Of a DNA stretch of 64,000 nucleotides, positions 1 through 13,900 are shown piece after piece (positions within the stretch are counted from its first letter, which is position 1; each line of letters starts with the position of its first letter). Source of the stretch: Tubulanus polymorphus (lineage: Eukaryota; Animalia; Nemertea); assembly GCF_964204645.1 (NCBI RefSeq), contig NC_134028.1, positions 24,672,345-24,736,344 on the forward strand, given 5' to 3'. Both the position numbers and the translations under genes were made by a program. A model generated the notes under the pieces. That model was not told the origin of the DNA and ran no database searches. It worked only from the letters and a program-made list of their open reading frames with translations.

Positions 1-3000
1 GCCGCCGTGAAACTGTTATTAGATATGGGCAGCGATATCAACGCTCAGATCGAGACTAACCGCAACACGGCGTTGACGTTGGCGTGTTTCCAGGGACGAC
101 ACGAAGTCGTCAGTCTGTTGGTCGATAGGAAAGCTAATATCGAGCACCGAGCGAAGGTCAGTGTTTGTTGTACGTCCGGTGCTGGTTGCATTGTCCTGGC
201 TAGGACCGGTCTAAGACCGACTTAGTTCTATAGCCTATCGGATTACCTGTTTTGTAATATAACGGGGTGGCCATGATCCTGGAAAACCTGGAAACGACTA
301 GGAACTGATTTCTCTCAGGGAAAAAAAAACACTAGGAATTCGATTAAATTTGGTAAATATCTGCAAAACACAGGGAAATGGAGTTTATGTTGCACGCGTG
401 TTTTCCCTCAGAATTGTGTTTCACTCCAGAGTTATGTTCCCCAGTCTCTGGTCATCAGAACAACTTTAATATCTTTGTTTCATGTGGTTGCTCTTAAATT
501 CCTATGAAAATAATTCAGCTGAAAGTTTCAATATTTACTGGGCTAGCTTACTACTGGATCTGTCAAGATAACTATGTGGTCTTTCCTACCGATGTTCATC
601 AGAACACAGGGAAAGTTCAGTTTTTACTGGGGAAAACCCAGCGAAAACCCAGGGAATTTGGAGGTGGACAGATTGTGGTCACCCGGTGTAATTACTCAGT
701 AAAATTCATGGATAGCTATATATAGAATAACAGAATCTCAGGAATCCGGGCCGGAGAAGAACAGACCCAGAACTGTGAAACTGTTCCAGAGTTGAGGAAG
801 GAGTCAACCATTTCAAAGTCTCTCATCTGTAATTGAACACAAGACTTGTAGAACTGGGTCCTGCAATTAACTGATCTGTATTCTCTTAATGCTGGGATTT
901 TATTCATTCCTCATTGTATACATTGTGGATGCTAAATGTAAAACTTTTTGTAGTGAGATTTGGGGTTTCCCCAACAATATATTGAGAATTTAGGTTCGAA
1001 TTATGTTGCAATCTGCTGCTATTGTTCACATTATTTCATATGAAAACATAGCAATTCACTGTGTAAGCATTGATAGAGAATGCAGTATAGACATCAACTC
1101 TTGAGTTGTTGAGAAATTTCAACCGGGGGTTGGCTGATTTTCAGAAGTGCCAGCTGGAGAACGCTGCTGATGAATGTGTTTATTTTATAGACCGGTTTGA
1201 CGCCGTTGATGGAAGCCGCGTCCGGCGGTTACGTAGAAGTAGGTCGTGTATTGTTAGATAAGAACGCCGATGTGAACGCCGCTCCGGTGCCGTCGTCACG
1301 AGATACAGCTCTTACGATCGCCGCCGATAAGGGTCATTACCGATTCGTCGAGTTACTACTTCAAAGGTACATTTCACAACGTACTCATCATCGTTTGGAT
1401 GTTTCTGATGATAATTAGAATTGATTTGATCATAAATACTTACAATTTTATTGTCCACCGCCCTCGGTTTTACGCCGAAATTTTGACTCCCAGATTACAA
1501 TGATTTAGTTAATTGTCAAATATAATGATATTCGGAATCCACCATTGGTCCCAAATTGGTGGATTATACAGTGGACCGCGCTCAAGCCGGATCTTTTCGG
1601 GATGCGAAACTTTAGAGCATAATCTGAATCGGAATAAATGCAATTCATAATTAGGGACAGAAATATATTTTTAAAATGAGTTGATCAGATCCAAATTGAG
1701 CAGAGTTTAATGCATTTATGGTAGTTCTTTGTTACGACGTATCAATAGTTTGTTACTCGACCCCTCTGTTGAAATTAGTGGTTCGTTTTAGCGGTTTCTG
1801 TCCTAATTTCTAGATCAATGATAAAATATGAAGAATTGCCCATTTCTGTTAAGATGACTGAATGTTGACTAATGTTTAGTTGTTCGTGTTTCAGGGGCGC
1901 GGCTGTCGATGTGAAGAATAAGAAAGGCAATTCACCGCTGTGGTTAGCGTGTAATGGTAAATATCAGTTTCAAATAACATAAAAGTATATATACTTAGGT
2001 GAAATCTGGGAAATTATAACTCATTAAATTAACAATATTGGGTTTAATCTTAGAAAAAAACTTGTCTCAGGCCAAGGTGTTTTTATTTTGATTCGGGTCA
2101 GGCCATATTTGGCCCGGGTCAACCATACATGCACATGTGCAATTTGAGCATCAGCTCGATGTGATCACAGCCGATCTCTCTGTGACAGTAATGGTTGCGT
2201 AATATTGTCTAACTTTTCTCTCGTGTCGCAGGTGGTCATCTGGACGTCGTACAGCTACTGGTAAGCTGGAAAGCTGACATCGACAGTCAGGACAACCGTA
2301 AAGTGTCGTGTCTGATGTCGTCGTTCCGTAAAGGTCACGTGAAGGTCGTTAAATGGCTCGTCAAACACGTCATGCAGTTTCCGTCGGATCAAGAATGCAT
2401 GCGTTACATCGCCACGGTAACCGATAAGGTACGTCTGCTTGTGTTGATTGTTGTTAATCTAGTAATAGATTCTGGGGATATGAAATTTACACCTTTAATA
2501 TACTTCTCTCCGATCCGGAAAGGATTTTAAAAGGCACGCGTAAAACCTTGTTAGTGCCTTGAACATGTGTTCAATGTGGCTGTAAACAGCTCTGACAAAC
2601 TCATGGAATCAACAAAATCAGGGAAATTGACAGATTTTACCAAAAACCTCCTAGAAAACTCAGGGAATCGGGTGATGCTATTATTGAACGCGCGTGTTTT
2701 ATCAATATGTGATTCAGTGAAAAATCAAATGAATTGTAATATTTCAAACCCTTTCTCTGATTCATGCAGGGAATATTCTGTAATTGCATGCAAAAATCTG
2801 ACAATCCATCGTATTTAAATCGTTTTTATGCTTGCCAGTTCTAGATGTTTTCGATACTGAAAGTTTTTCTGTCGTGAAATTTTTTAAATAAAATGATCGT
2901 TTGTGCGGATCTTCAGCGGAGATATTTTGAGATAGATATTTCTTTTGTTATCGAAAAAAAACGATTGCATTTTCTATTACGTCACAAGTAATAGATATTA

Positions 3001-4895
3001 TGTAGTACTTTCTAAAGCCACGGGTTTTGAGATAACAGTGTTTGTATTTGAGTTCATTGTATTGTGTGAAGTGTTTGGTGGCACTTCAGTGTATCACAGC
3101 TTTTGATATACTGCCTATATCTATCGTATGTACTATGTGAGAACTATCATGTCTTAAATACATTCTATGTGACACACAGAATGTTCTCTTATCAACTGAT
3201 TCATTTAAAAGCGTGCATTTTATCTGTTGTTTGGATAGACGGCCTTGAATTGTAAGCTATCTTTGCGAGTGTCAGACCGATGTGAAAAATCGTGAAAAAT
3301 AACGAAAATGTGTGGAAAATTCATGAAACCCCTTTTTTATGCCGTAATCTGTAGATGTGTAGTTCAGAATTTATGCGTAAAGCTGTGTTAAAGATTCATG
3401 AAAATGCAGATTGTGATTAGTAACTGCTTATGTCATAGTACAAATTGTACTGTGACATGAAAAATGATTTCGTTTTTGTGCGAGTTAGTCGAAAGTTAAA
3501 AGACGTCTGAGTAAGGCAAGGTTTACTATATTTCTGAAAGCTTTCCGGCACTATTCGAAATTACGGCACTTTACCAAAAATCTAAAAACATGAAGAGCAT
3601 TTACAATATACCATAAAACATTGAGATGTTAAGTAGATGAAAAAGATAATTGCACGTTTAGTGTTCTTCTAAGAAACGTTAGTTTTCTGCGAGAACTCCT
3701 TCAATTTTGAGAAATAGGCAATTAGGTACTTTAGAAATTATTCATCAGACTTTGCCTTAATCAGTTCAGTTGGACCAGGATCTATTTGTTACCCAATTAG
3801 GCGGTTATCAAATTAGAAACGAGTTTATTGTAACGAGTAATAATTTGCCTATGAATCTGTTGAATTAACAGTTTACTGAGAATTATCGGTGTGTTCACGA
3901 AATCACTGAGAAAAGGGTTGAAAAATCAGATAAATCTTATCAAAAAAAGGATTTTTTTGGCAGCTATTTGTATACTACATCGTAGTTAGAGCTGGTATCT
4001 GTTACGGGCGACAAGATTGCAACTGTCCGCCTACCGTAGGCCGGAGTAGAACATGGGCAGCCGTCGGGTTGCTGTTGCGAGCCGGCTTATGTCGAACCGA
4101 TAGAGCAACAACTGGCGGCCTCTCGTAGGCGGCTAGTTGCCGCTAATCGGCAATAAACCCAGTTGCGTCGCGTTGCTTGTCGACATAAGCCAGCCTTAAA
4201 ACATGAGAATAGGCTGGTACGTTTAGTGAGCAACAGTCGGAAAGTGGAAATCGGTTTCCTGGCAACGAACACGCCAGTAATTAACACTTATTCTACGACA
4301 TACATAATGTTAAAACGGAGGAGGCAGCAGCGTCGTGTTGGTTGCTATTCGCACGCGCCGCGCTGCCATCAACTTATTACTGAACGTTATTATCGGTCTT
4401 ACAATTATCACATTGTTTCACCGAGTTCTATACAGTATAGCAGGTACACTTCGCAGAAAAACTCCACGCGGTTAAAACCCGATCACAATAGTGGAGGCAG
4501 GCGCGCTGCCTGAATTATTCGCTACGCATTTATTTCGCTTCGATTATCCCGCCTGGTAGTTCGTTGGCGGATCGAACTGTGACGGACAGATCGCGACGAG
4601 TATATCTACGAGAAGAAGAAATTGATGTAGGCCGTTTTAGAAGCACGGCGTCTTTTTAAACACGACGTTTCGACGCTGCCGGTGCCGCGCGAACTGAACC
4701 GAGTATATCTACGAGAAGAAGAAATTGATGTAGGCCGTTTTAGAAGCACGGCGTCTTTTTAAACACGACGTTTCGATGCTGCCGGTGCCGCGCGAACTGA
4801 ACCGAGTTTATTTCTTTGTCACAAGCCGTGTGTCTTTGTTTCTGTACGCACACGTAGAACACAGCTCACTACGTTCGCTGTCGCCACCACTGCTG

Positions 4896-4928
<33 letters not shown>

Positions 4929-7900
4929 ATACTGTCTGTCTTCCCGGCTCTATTACTCTCCACTGCTGACTACAAAAACACACTATTCGATATTTCTTTA
5001 TTCTACGCGATGATTACGAATCGGTTTATGGTAACGTATTTGTCCGTTTGTCCCGTTCGTCGTCATCGTTGTGGTCACCTTTTCGAAACAAAAATCATTA
5101 ACCACCTTTATTATATGATACTGTCATCGACGTCGAAAATTTGCCTGGAATTGATCTGTTTCAATTCATACATTTTCAATTTCAGTTAAAATGTATTGTA
5201 TCGTCTTTCTTTTAGAAATGGTTCGGCGTTTGTTATATAGCATCGCTTACGTTGAAAAATTTGCTAAGATTGGTTTCGATTCCTGTGTTGTCTTGATTTT
5301 TAAATGCCTGGGATTTTTTGTTTTGTTCGGAAAACAAAGAGATACTAAAATAGATCAAATCGGAAATGATTCAACTACGACGACTGTAATCACTGATTAC
5401 TCATTTATGTTATGACGCTGATAACCGTTTCCGACACAGCCACATTTTCGTGCATTCATATCCTCGAGTTACTTAAATACAATAATTTTGCTGAAGTCGG
5501 TCGCCCGGTCGCTTGGATTATATATATATATATTATCATTGAAACAGGCGTCAGACTGACACCTTCATCACTCTGCAGCTAACATGAGTTCTGCATCAGA
5601 CGACGACGACGACATCCAAAAATGATCCATCAATTGATAATAATTCTATACATAGAGAGATTGTTCGTGCCTTCTTTAATATTCGTTGTATCTTGAAGAA
5701 GCATCCTCGTCGTCAGGACGATATATTATCATCGTTGTAGTATTCGATTATGACTTTCATATTTTATTACGTAACAGAGAAATAGACGCGATGAAAACAG
5801 TGAGATCGATACGTTTTATTATAAGCCTGAATTATTTGAGATATTCGGAGTAAGATTTTATCGCAGCATTCACAGAAAAAGTGTGAAACTGGTGCCTGAT
5901 TACAATCATATGAAGCAATGAATCTAAAATTCCACAATTGCTGAGTGACTTTAAAAGCTTGACTTAAAAATGTTTAAAAAAAATGTAAAAAATACTTCTT
6001 TAGTCTTTAATATCTAATTGAGGGATTCAAGCGATTTTTAGACTGAAGAATGGTCGACGAACCACCTGCTACATTTCTAGTATTTTTTATGAAGATTTTA
6101 AAGTCGCTGATTGTGAGATTTTATGTTAATTGTTTCGCCGCGATCTTCGTAAATCTATTGAAATTTTCTGATAATAGAAACTGATAGCAATATCTTGCGT
6201 GATGACCATCAAGAGGAATCCACACGACCTTGCAATTCCGTGAATAACTAATCTGGATGATTGTGGATCGGATATTTGTTTGCCATGTTCGAGGTAGTTT
6301 CGGCTGTCTTCATCGGTGACTGTTGTAGATATGTTGTTTATTAGTTATGACGACATGGTCTAATCGTAATAAAGTCAGGGTCAAGTCAGGGTTTGTTCAC
6401 AATTAAGTAAGTGGCGTTGAATTTTCACCATGTAATAACGCTGTACACGTCAGTTTACTAGTATTCTCTAGACATTCAATGTCGAATTTCTTATGAAATG
6501 CGGATTTTCGTTGCTTTCAATGAAGTATTTAATTGGGTAAGTACGCCACGACTTCATTCATGTAGATTTAGGCTAAAATAAAATTTTAAGTTTCTTCTAA
6601 TCGGGTCGGTTCATTTTGTAAACTACAATTAAATTTGTCAGCCGCTGGGTCTGTTATTGCTAGCTTGATCATGATTTTTAAAAAAAGGCGGCCGTGTCAA
6701 CTTTAAAGCTCAACAGAAATGAGAAACAAGGTATCAATTTTTTAGCCTTCCGAAGTTCGGAATGTCGAACTCGTTTGTCAAAGAAGGGAAGGTTTTTCGC
6801 GTTGATGAATCATAGTCGTCAGTTCGGGCCAATCACTATGTGTTCATTAATTGTTTATTCGTTTATTTACGTGGAGACTCCGATGAAGGGTCTATTGAAA
6901 TCGGCAATAGTTTTTTGTCAAGTCGGTTTTGACAACGGTAGTGAATCAACACTCTCTTGGAACTAAATATTTGAAATGAAATTCAAGATCTGTTCCAGAT
7001 AGATTTGTGCCAGGTTTATGGAAGTGTTTGTATTATGTTATAATGTAAATTGGTGCGACATACCTTTGTGTTTATCAAAGGCATACAACCTAGAGGTATA
7101 GGAACTCTAGTACGAAGATCATAGAAATATAGATATTTACACAAAAAAGATTTGCTCTAACTGAAAAATTTCATAAAAATTAATGCCTCACGATATCAAT
7201 GTTAGTGTTAGAAGTAACAATTCAACCGATACCAAAAGCGATTAACAATTGTATGATCCAACACTAGGTATGAAAAAATTCAACTCTTTAATAATAATAG
7301 TAATAAACTATCGATGATAAACTGTTAACTGGAGTAAAAATTTCAGACCGTATTTTTTCATTACCGGGATTTATTTAACTATCGTCACAGGTCAAACAGA
7401 GAGCTTTCAACAATATTCACTAATATACGTTAGTCTATGGTTTTGGTATATGATTTAAGGTGTCCGCCTAGCTATGGGGTCAGGTATTTTTAATACGGTA
7501 ACATGCCTGAGCTGAAGTTGTTTATGAAACCGTGGACGTATATAAATCATGAAACCTATTGCAGTTGATGGTTTTATTCTGTGTTACTCGATCACCACAG
7601 GTATCCATTTACACTTGAGGAGAATCAGTGTTAACACACTACCTCTTAGATAATCAGGTGCTAACAAACTGACCAAGCAGTGGGCTTCCCGCTAACATCC
7701 TCCTGGAAAATGTTAATAATGGTTTTAATGAGCCATGAGCCATGTTATGGTAGTATAGGATAGTCTATTGATGAAGAGGTGTGCCTGAAGTTGTAATGGC
7801 CTCTCAGTTATCACATCGGTCACACCTTGTCCAGCTGCAAATGACCCACAGATCATGTGAGTACATCTACCATGTAGCTAATCTCCGCTCAGAAATATCC

Positions 7901-10900
7901 TGACATTTTCAGGTTTATTGTCTAATTTTGTTTATCATTAGGGGAATATCGTACTTCCTAGGAAAGATGTGGTATCTATTGGCTTTGCAGGCAGAGTAAG
8001 GAACAATGTTTTACTGTAATTATTTGATTTGGCCGTTCCAAGCTTTAGAATTTACTGCTGACCCTGAATCTGAACAGATGAAAGCGTGCCTTGTCACAGT
8101 GTCTGTACATTTATTACCGGTATTCATATGGTTTTCGGTCAGGTGTTGAAAGAATGATCTCGGAAATCCTCCTATTCCAAAAATGTGCTTCGTGATTCAT
8201 GAATTATAGTCTGTGCATAATTCAAGGCCAATGCCTACACGGGATTTACATAGAAACCATAGTAAAACTGGTGTATGCGTTAAAGAACAGTGGCGCATGT
8301 TAACAGGATGAATAGGGGCGTTAAAATATTTGAGTTACTTGACAAAAGACGTTTTTATTTTGATTTAATAGTGAAAGTTGTGTACTCGGTACTGGTGTGA
8401 TTAAACTGTGACCCAGATATTTATATTCAACGATAGGCTTCCTTATTCGGTGAAATCATGAAATATGCCGGTCGTTTTCCTGAAGCCTTTCATGACCCAG
8501 CTCTGTAATTGTCTGTTAGGTCAAAATTGTTGAAAGGGAACTATTAATTTAACTGGAGTGAAATTAAATGAGAGTCCATTATGGGGCTGGGTGGTATAGG
8601 TGTGGTGTTTAGTGTTTGTCAACCGCGGATTAATTTCGATGCCTTTGTGACGTGCTTAACTCGGTGGATAATGTATTATTCCTCTATATCCATCTGGTCT
8701 TCATCATCGCCATCACTGACCGGGGTGTGTGTCAGTTACCGGCTGTGTGTTAGTTACCGGCTGTAATCGTTTTAAGTGTATAAGAAGAGATGATCATCGC
8801 TAATAATAGGATGCATCCGACCCCGATATGAGATTAATTGACAATCTATGTCGCGTTGATTCATGAAAGGCGCGCACTGCGCTGATTTTTTTGACCTCGA
8901 AATGCGTGAGGCCTACTTCTGCTTTAGAGGATTTTATTTTTTTTTCTCGGGGGCGATTATTTGTAGGTCGGTGTCACTCCGAAGTTCTATCGACATCAGT
9001 TTCAACATTTCAATTTGATGATCAATCTGACCCTCAATTGCTTCATTTGTGAAATAAAAACTATGATATAATTTCGCGATGTTATCTCTGGGTCGGTATT
9101 TTATAGGTCACTGTCACTCTGACGGTTTCGTTTCTGTCAAACCAGCTGCCTGCCTACCCTCTGACGAGCGAGTGTGAAATGAACCGGTCCGTTGAGTTTG
9201 AATACACTGCTGTGTACAGCGATGAATGGCGTTCTGTGATTGGCCGAAATAGCGGTTTTGACAGGCCGGGTTTTATGCTAATGAGGCTGATTCATCACTG
9301 ACGCTGCTGTGTGTGAAGCTATAGCCGTGCTTGTAAACATTACCGCGGCTTATAGCAGTTCAACTCATACGCCTTTTAACCGAAGAGATTTTAAAACCGC
9401 TGTCGGTTCTTCTTAAAAAAAAAAAAACAATGGCTTACCGGCTTTTATGTTCGAATGTCCGTCAACCGACGACTGTTTCGACGGCTCAGGATTTTAAACT
9501 GATCACGCATAGAGTGAATGAAGTTATACAGAGTCTCAACTCCGACGTGAGTATATCATCATCAGAGCGCTGCTGGATATATAGGTGTCAGAGATAGAGA
9601 ATTGGGGCGCGGTGGTTCCAGGCGTTCTATCCACGTCCACCGCCCCGGTTTTCATCGCCGAACGGATTAAGTCGGCATTTTTTACGGATTTCCATTTCGA
9701 AAATTGTTCGGTAATGTTCGGATTTCCATTTCAAGGTGGTTGACCCAGATTTATTTCTATCTATGTGTGTATGTGTGGATGGATAATATAATCCAAGATG
9801 GAGGCAAGTGCAGCATCGATTATTAAAAGCTGACAGCTGTCAGTGGAGGCGCGCGAGAGGGAGAGACCACATCGCTTTGTTGTTATCGGACTATTCAAAT
9901 TCTTTCGCAGTCGGTAATTACATTGTTTGTTAGCCTAGTAGAATTTTCACGTAGGATATATTTTCAACAAACAATTTTTTTCACCCTCTGCCTTCTATTT
10001 TAATTTTGATAGCGAAAATTAGTTTCGAGTGAAAATTTGAAAATTAATTTTATCAGCTTTTCATTACTAATTAGTTAACGTGAAACCCGTCGTAGGTTTA
10101 GATGGGGTTTTTGTTTAGACCGGGAGTGTGGTTGTTTGATAGTTTTTTTAGAGCTTGGTTTGTATTATTTCACAATCTCGACCACGGTCGATTGCCAGGG
10201 CTAGTTGTTGTCAAACAATACTCGACAATGAGGCAGCCTTCATGTATTATGATAATGAGCGTCATAAAATTTGCTGTTTCAATTTCGCTTTTAACCCAGA
10301 GAAGAAATGCATCGAATTCAGAGAAATAATTTTGCCTTAGTTCCGTTTCACTGCTCGCTTTAACAGGTGAGGTAGTTTTCAGAACGCGGCAGTCAGAATT
10401 TCCAGGAAGCATTGTGAACCTGTTCTATTGGTGGTGCTGTTTCTGTCTATTGCGTCATAGAAAGAAATGTCGAAAAAATTGATTGAACTGCTGCCAAACG
10501 TGTTGTTCATTGTAGTAATCACGTACGCACTCTTGCGTGCCGGGCGGGGATCCAGGAATTCTTTACCGCTGACTAGGTCGAAGTATTGATTGCTGAATAA
10601 ATCGTGATTGGTAATTGCTTTATGAAACTATGAGTAATCAAAATCGAAAATGTGTGACCTAATACGAGATGACGCCACTCACCCAGAAAACCTTGACAAA
10701 TCTGAGTGAATTGGGAAAAATCCTTAAAAAACTTGAGATATTTGATGGATTTTTTTTTTAAACCTGGAAAACTAATTTTGGTTATTTCGGAGTAGTTTCT
10801 ATATCATCGCGCAGTTATTATGAATTTCGAATCATCAAATCAGATGGGATGAATGATTTCAATTTGTCATCACATTTCCTAGTGAATAGAAAAAAGTCTC

Positions 10901-13900
10901 TGCATTTATATCAACTTGGGGAATATAGCCCTGGACAAATCCGGGAATATTAAGGGATTGAAAAAAGCTGTCCACCTGCTTGGAAAATAAACTTTCACTA
11001 TTTCATTGCGATCATTAGAGTAGTGACCACCCACCTGCCTTGTTTGCGGGTTATTGTTGACAATAGGAATTCTATGAATAGGCCAGTGCTGTAATGTCAC
11101 AGCTGTGAATTTCAGTATCACACGAGACAAAGAAATTATCGTAAACATTTCGATTTGAATTCAATCCTGCTTTTAGCTTTGACGATAAGAGACTTTCCGT
11201 AAGGAAATGTTACGCGTTGTTTTTAAAGCCATCAACTATGCCAAATGTTTGTAACAGTTATTAGGGTTATTAGTACTTGCTATGAAAACAATGCATTCAG
11301 ATGCTTTACATATGGTAGGTACACAGATCGTTTAGCTCAATACTGCCTGCTTTCACGGATTTATGCGGAATGAATTGAAATTCAGTACTAGATCTCTAAT
11401 TCGTATTCATAATACTTAACAATACAATTCATCATGAAATTATGAGGACTTATCGACAAAACACAGCTGTTAGTGACATGACATATGTAGGAGGCTATGC
11501 GCAGGCTTAAGAAACCCGATTAAAATGGATAGATCTATTGTTGAAGTATTGCCGCAATAATAGTTAAGAGGTGAATAGGTTAAAAATGAAGCCACATATA
11601 TTGTCTGCAGTGTATAGGGTTACATTATTTATATGAAATCTGTATAGTGATATTTATATACAGACAGTGCAGTGTGTTGTGTGTGTATGAATGTGAGTGC
11701 TACAGCGCTGCCTACAACCAGTAACTAGGCCGGAATCTCTATCTATCTCCTAGTACTACTCAGTGTGTGAATTTGCTAGTCTGACATTTTATACAACAAT
11801 ACATTCATGCCCGTCATTATTTATTGATGGGTCATTTATTTTATATTTATCTGGTCGGATTGGCCTATTTATGTTGATGAATTTATGATGAGAGATCCCT
11901 CCAGCCGCGTGGGGCGCGGCGGGCAGGTTGGCCGGTTGTACAAAACAAGGCTAGAGTATGATATAATTAGACTGTTAATACCGATATATGCCGATTCATC
12001 ATTTTATCAATGACATTTCCGATAAGCTCCTGAGAACTGTGTGAATTATTGGCTAACTAAGAACAATGAGAATTTGTGAATGACTTAAATTGTGGGCACT
12101 CAAGAGTGAAATATTAACATTATTCCAGGGTTGGATCCAGGGGTATTGTGTGGATCCAGGGACATGTCACATTAGTCATGAAATTCGAAAAAATGGCACC
12201 TGCGAATAAACAATTGATTGGCAGGTGCTGATAATATAGCTGGTCTGTGGTGCAGAATATCCAACAGTACTTCATTTCTGGATGGATGCATGTGTGTCCC
12301 TGGATCTACATCCAGCTTTCAATGAAATACAATTTTAATCGCATGATATTCAGTTTCCGCCCTTTTAGATTCAGAATACATGTATTATAGACATTTGGTA
12401 TGACTGGACTCTGAAATAATAGAAGGTTCAGCTATTTATTTATTCATTCTCCTATTATATTACAATGATATATAGGTCATTATATCGAAGTAGGAGTGCT
12501 GATACATTACAAGTTCTGTTGCCCATCCAACAACTTTGTGGTCCTAAATCATAAAAGCAGTCTTAAGATTTAAGGCTACTTTCCGACCTTTAGCTATGAC
12601 TGCCTGTTGGGGCTTTATTTTTAGTCGAGGCTGAAGTGTAAGTCCATCTTGGTTCCACGAGTCCTAAGTAAATAGGCCGAAGTCTCGACTGGAACTGGGC
12701 CGAGGGCTTGGTTAATTGGCTGGTTAATTACAATACGTCATCTGTTTCTAACGTAGATTTCTTCTGTATATGTGTTGTAGGACTTATTAAAGAAATGTCA
12801 TCAATGCATGGACATCATCGTGAGCGCGAAGGATCGCCAGGCGGCCGAGGCCAACAAAAACGCGTCGATCCTACTCGAAGAGATCGACATGGAGAAAAGC
12901 CGCGAGGAGAGCAAGAAAGCGGCTCTCGCTCGTAAACGAGAAAAACGCAAGAAGAAACGCAAAGAAAAACAAAAAGAGAAGGAAGAAAAAGAAAAAGAGC
13001 AAAACAGGTGAATAAAGAGGATGGGATCTGATTCAATATTTGCTATATGTGTAGGACATAGGCTTATCTAGGTCAAGGTTATTGGTATTGCGACGTGACG
13101 TGCTATTGTTTTTAGCCGATATTTATAACCTGCCACCCCTTGAATAACATGATAAATCATTCCAATCTGTGTGAAAGAATGCGACGGTCGTTTGTTGAAA
13201 TAATGTCGAACCTGATTTGATATTTTCAGTAAAAATTCTTCACCGGAACCCGAAAAAGAGGACAAACCGGAAAAGGATGAAGACGACGAGGAAGATGAAG
13301 AGGATGATGAACCTCCTCCAGACGCGCCGCTGCATCTCGTGCTCGAGCCGCCGGCTGCGACTGTAACCGCTACGACCGGTACGACGCTAGTCACCGAGTC
13401 TACTCGTAATATCAGAAACAAGAAATCACAACAATCGGCGATACAAGTTACCGCGGTCACGACATCGTCCGTCGCCGCCGCGTCCCCGAGAATCGCTTCG
13501 TCTCAACAATCGGTTAAAGAGGTCGTCGCCGTGACGACCAACAACAACAATAACAAATCGCGTAATAAAAATCGGCAGCGCCGCGGCGACAAGGCGGAGC
13601 GCGCGGCAGCGGCCGCTCGAGAGAAACAACATCCGCCTGCAGCGGAGGTGTCGGTGAGCATGACGAGTTGCAGCGACCGCGTACCGACGTTAACAACCGT
13701 TACGACAACCCGATCAGCAGGTGGCGCCAGTGGTAAAACTAACACCAGCACCGTTCACTCGACGAAATCACAGAAAAAAGGCAACAATAATAACGCGAAC
13801 TCGGTGTGCACTAGTACTACCGGTAAGTGTATATCTTACTGTATAAACAGGGCGCGGCTTATTACCTGCAAATCAGGCAATTTTGTTAAAATAAAAAGAA

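Noticed and set aside
2530-2560. AAGGCACGCG resembling miR-124
   Set aside because: The match stops after 10 nt and there is no pre-miRNA-sized hairpin.
3088-3113. TATCACAGC resembling miR-2
   Set aside because: The seed-like sequence lies across a tiny hairpin, and the 3' part does not match the mature miRNA.
4163-5189. ORFs 4163-4513 and 4776-5189 (poly-Leu)
   Set aside because: No domain similarity, non-ATG starts, and the poly-Leu comes from a CTG microsatellite. Only the MITNRFM mini-exon is kept, as a hypothesis.
9161-9180. CTGACGA...GAAA hammerhead-like core
   Set aside because: Flanking stems cannot be formed.
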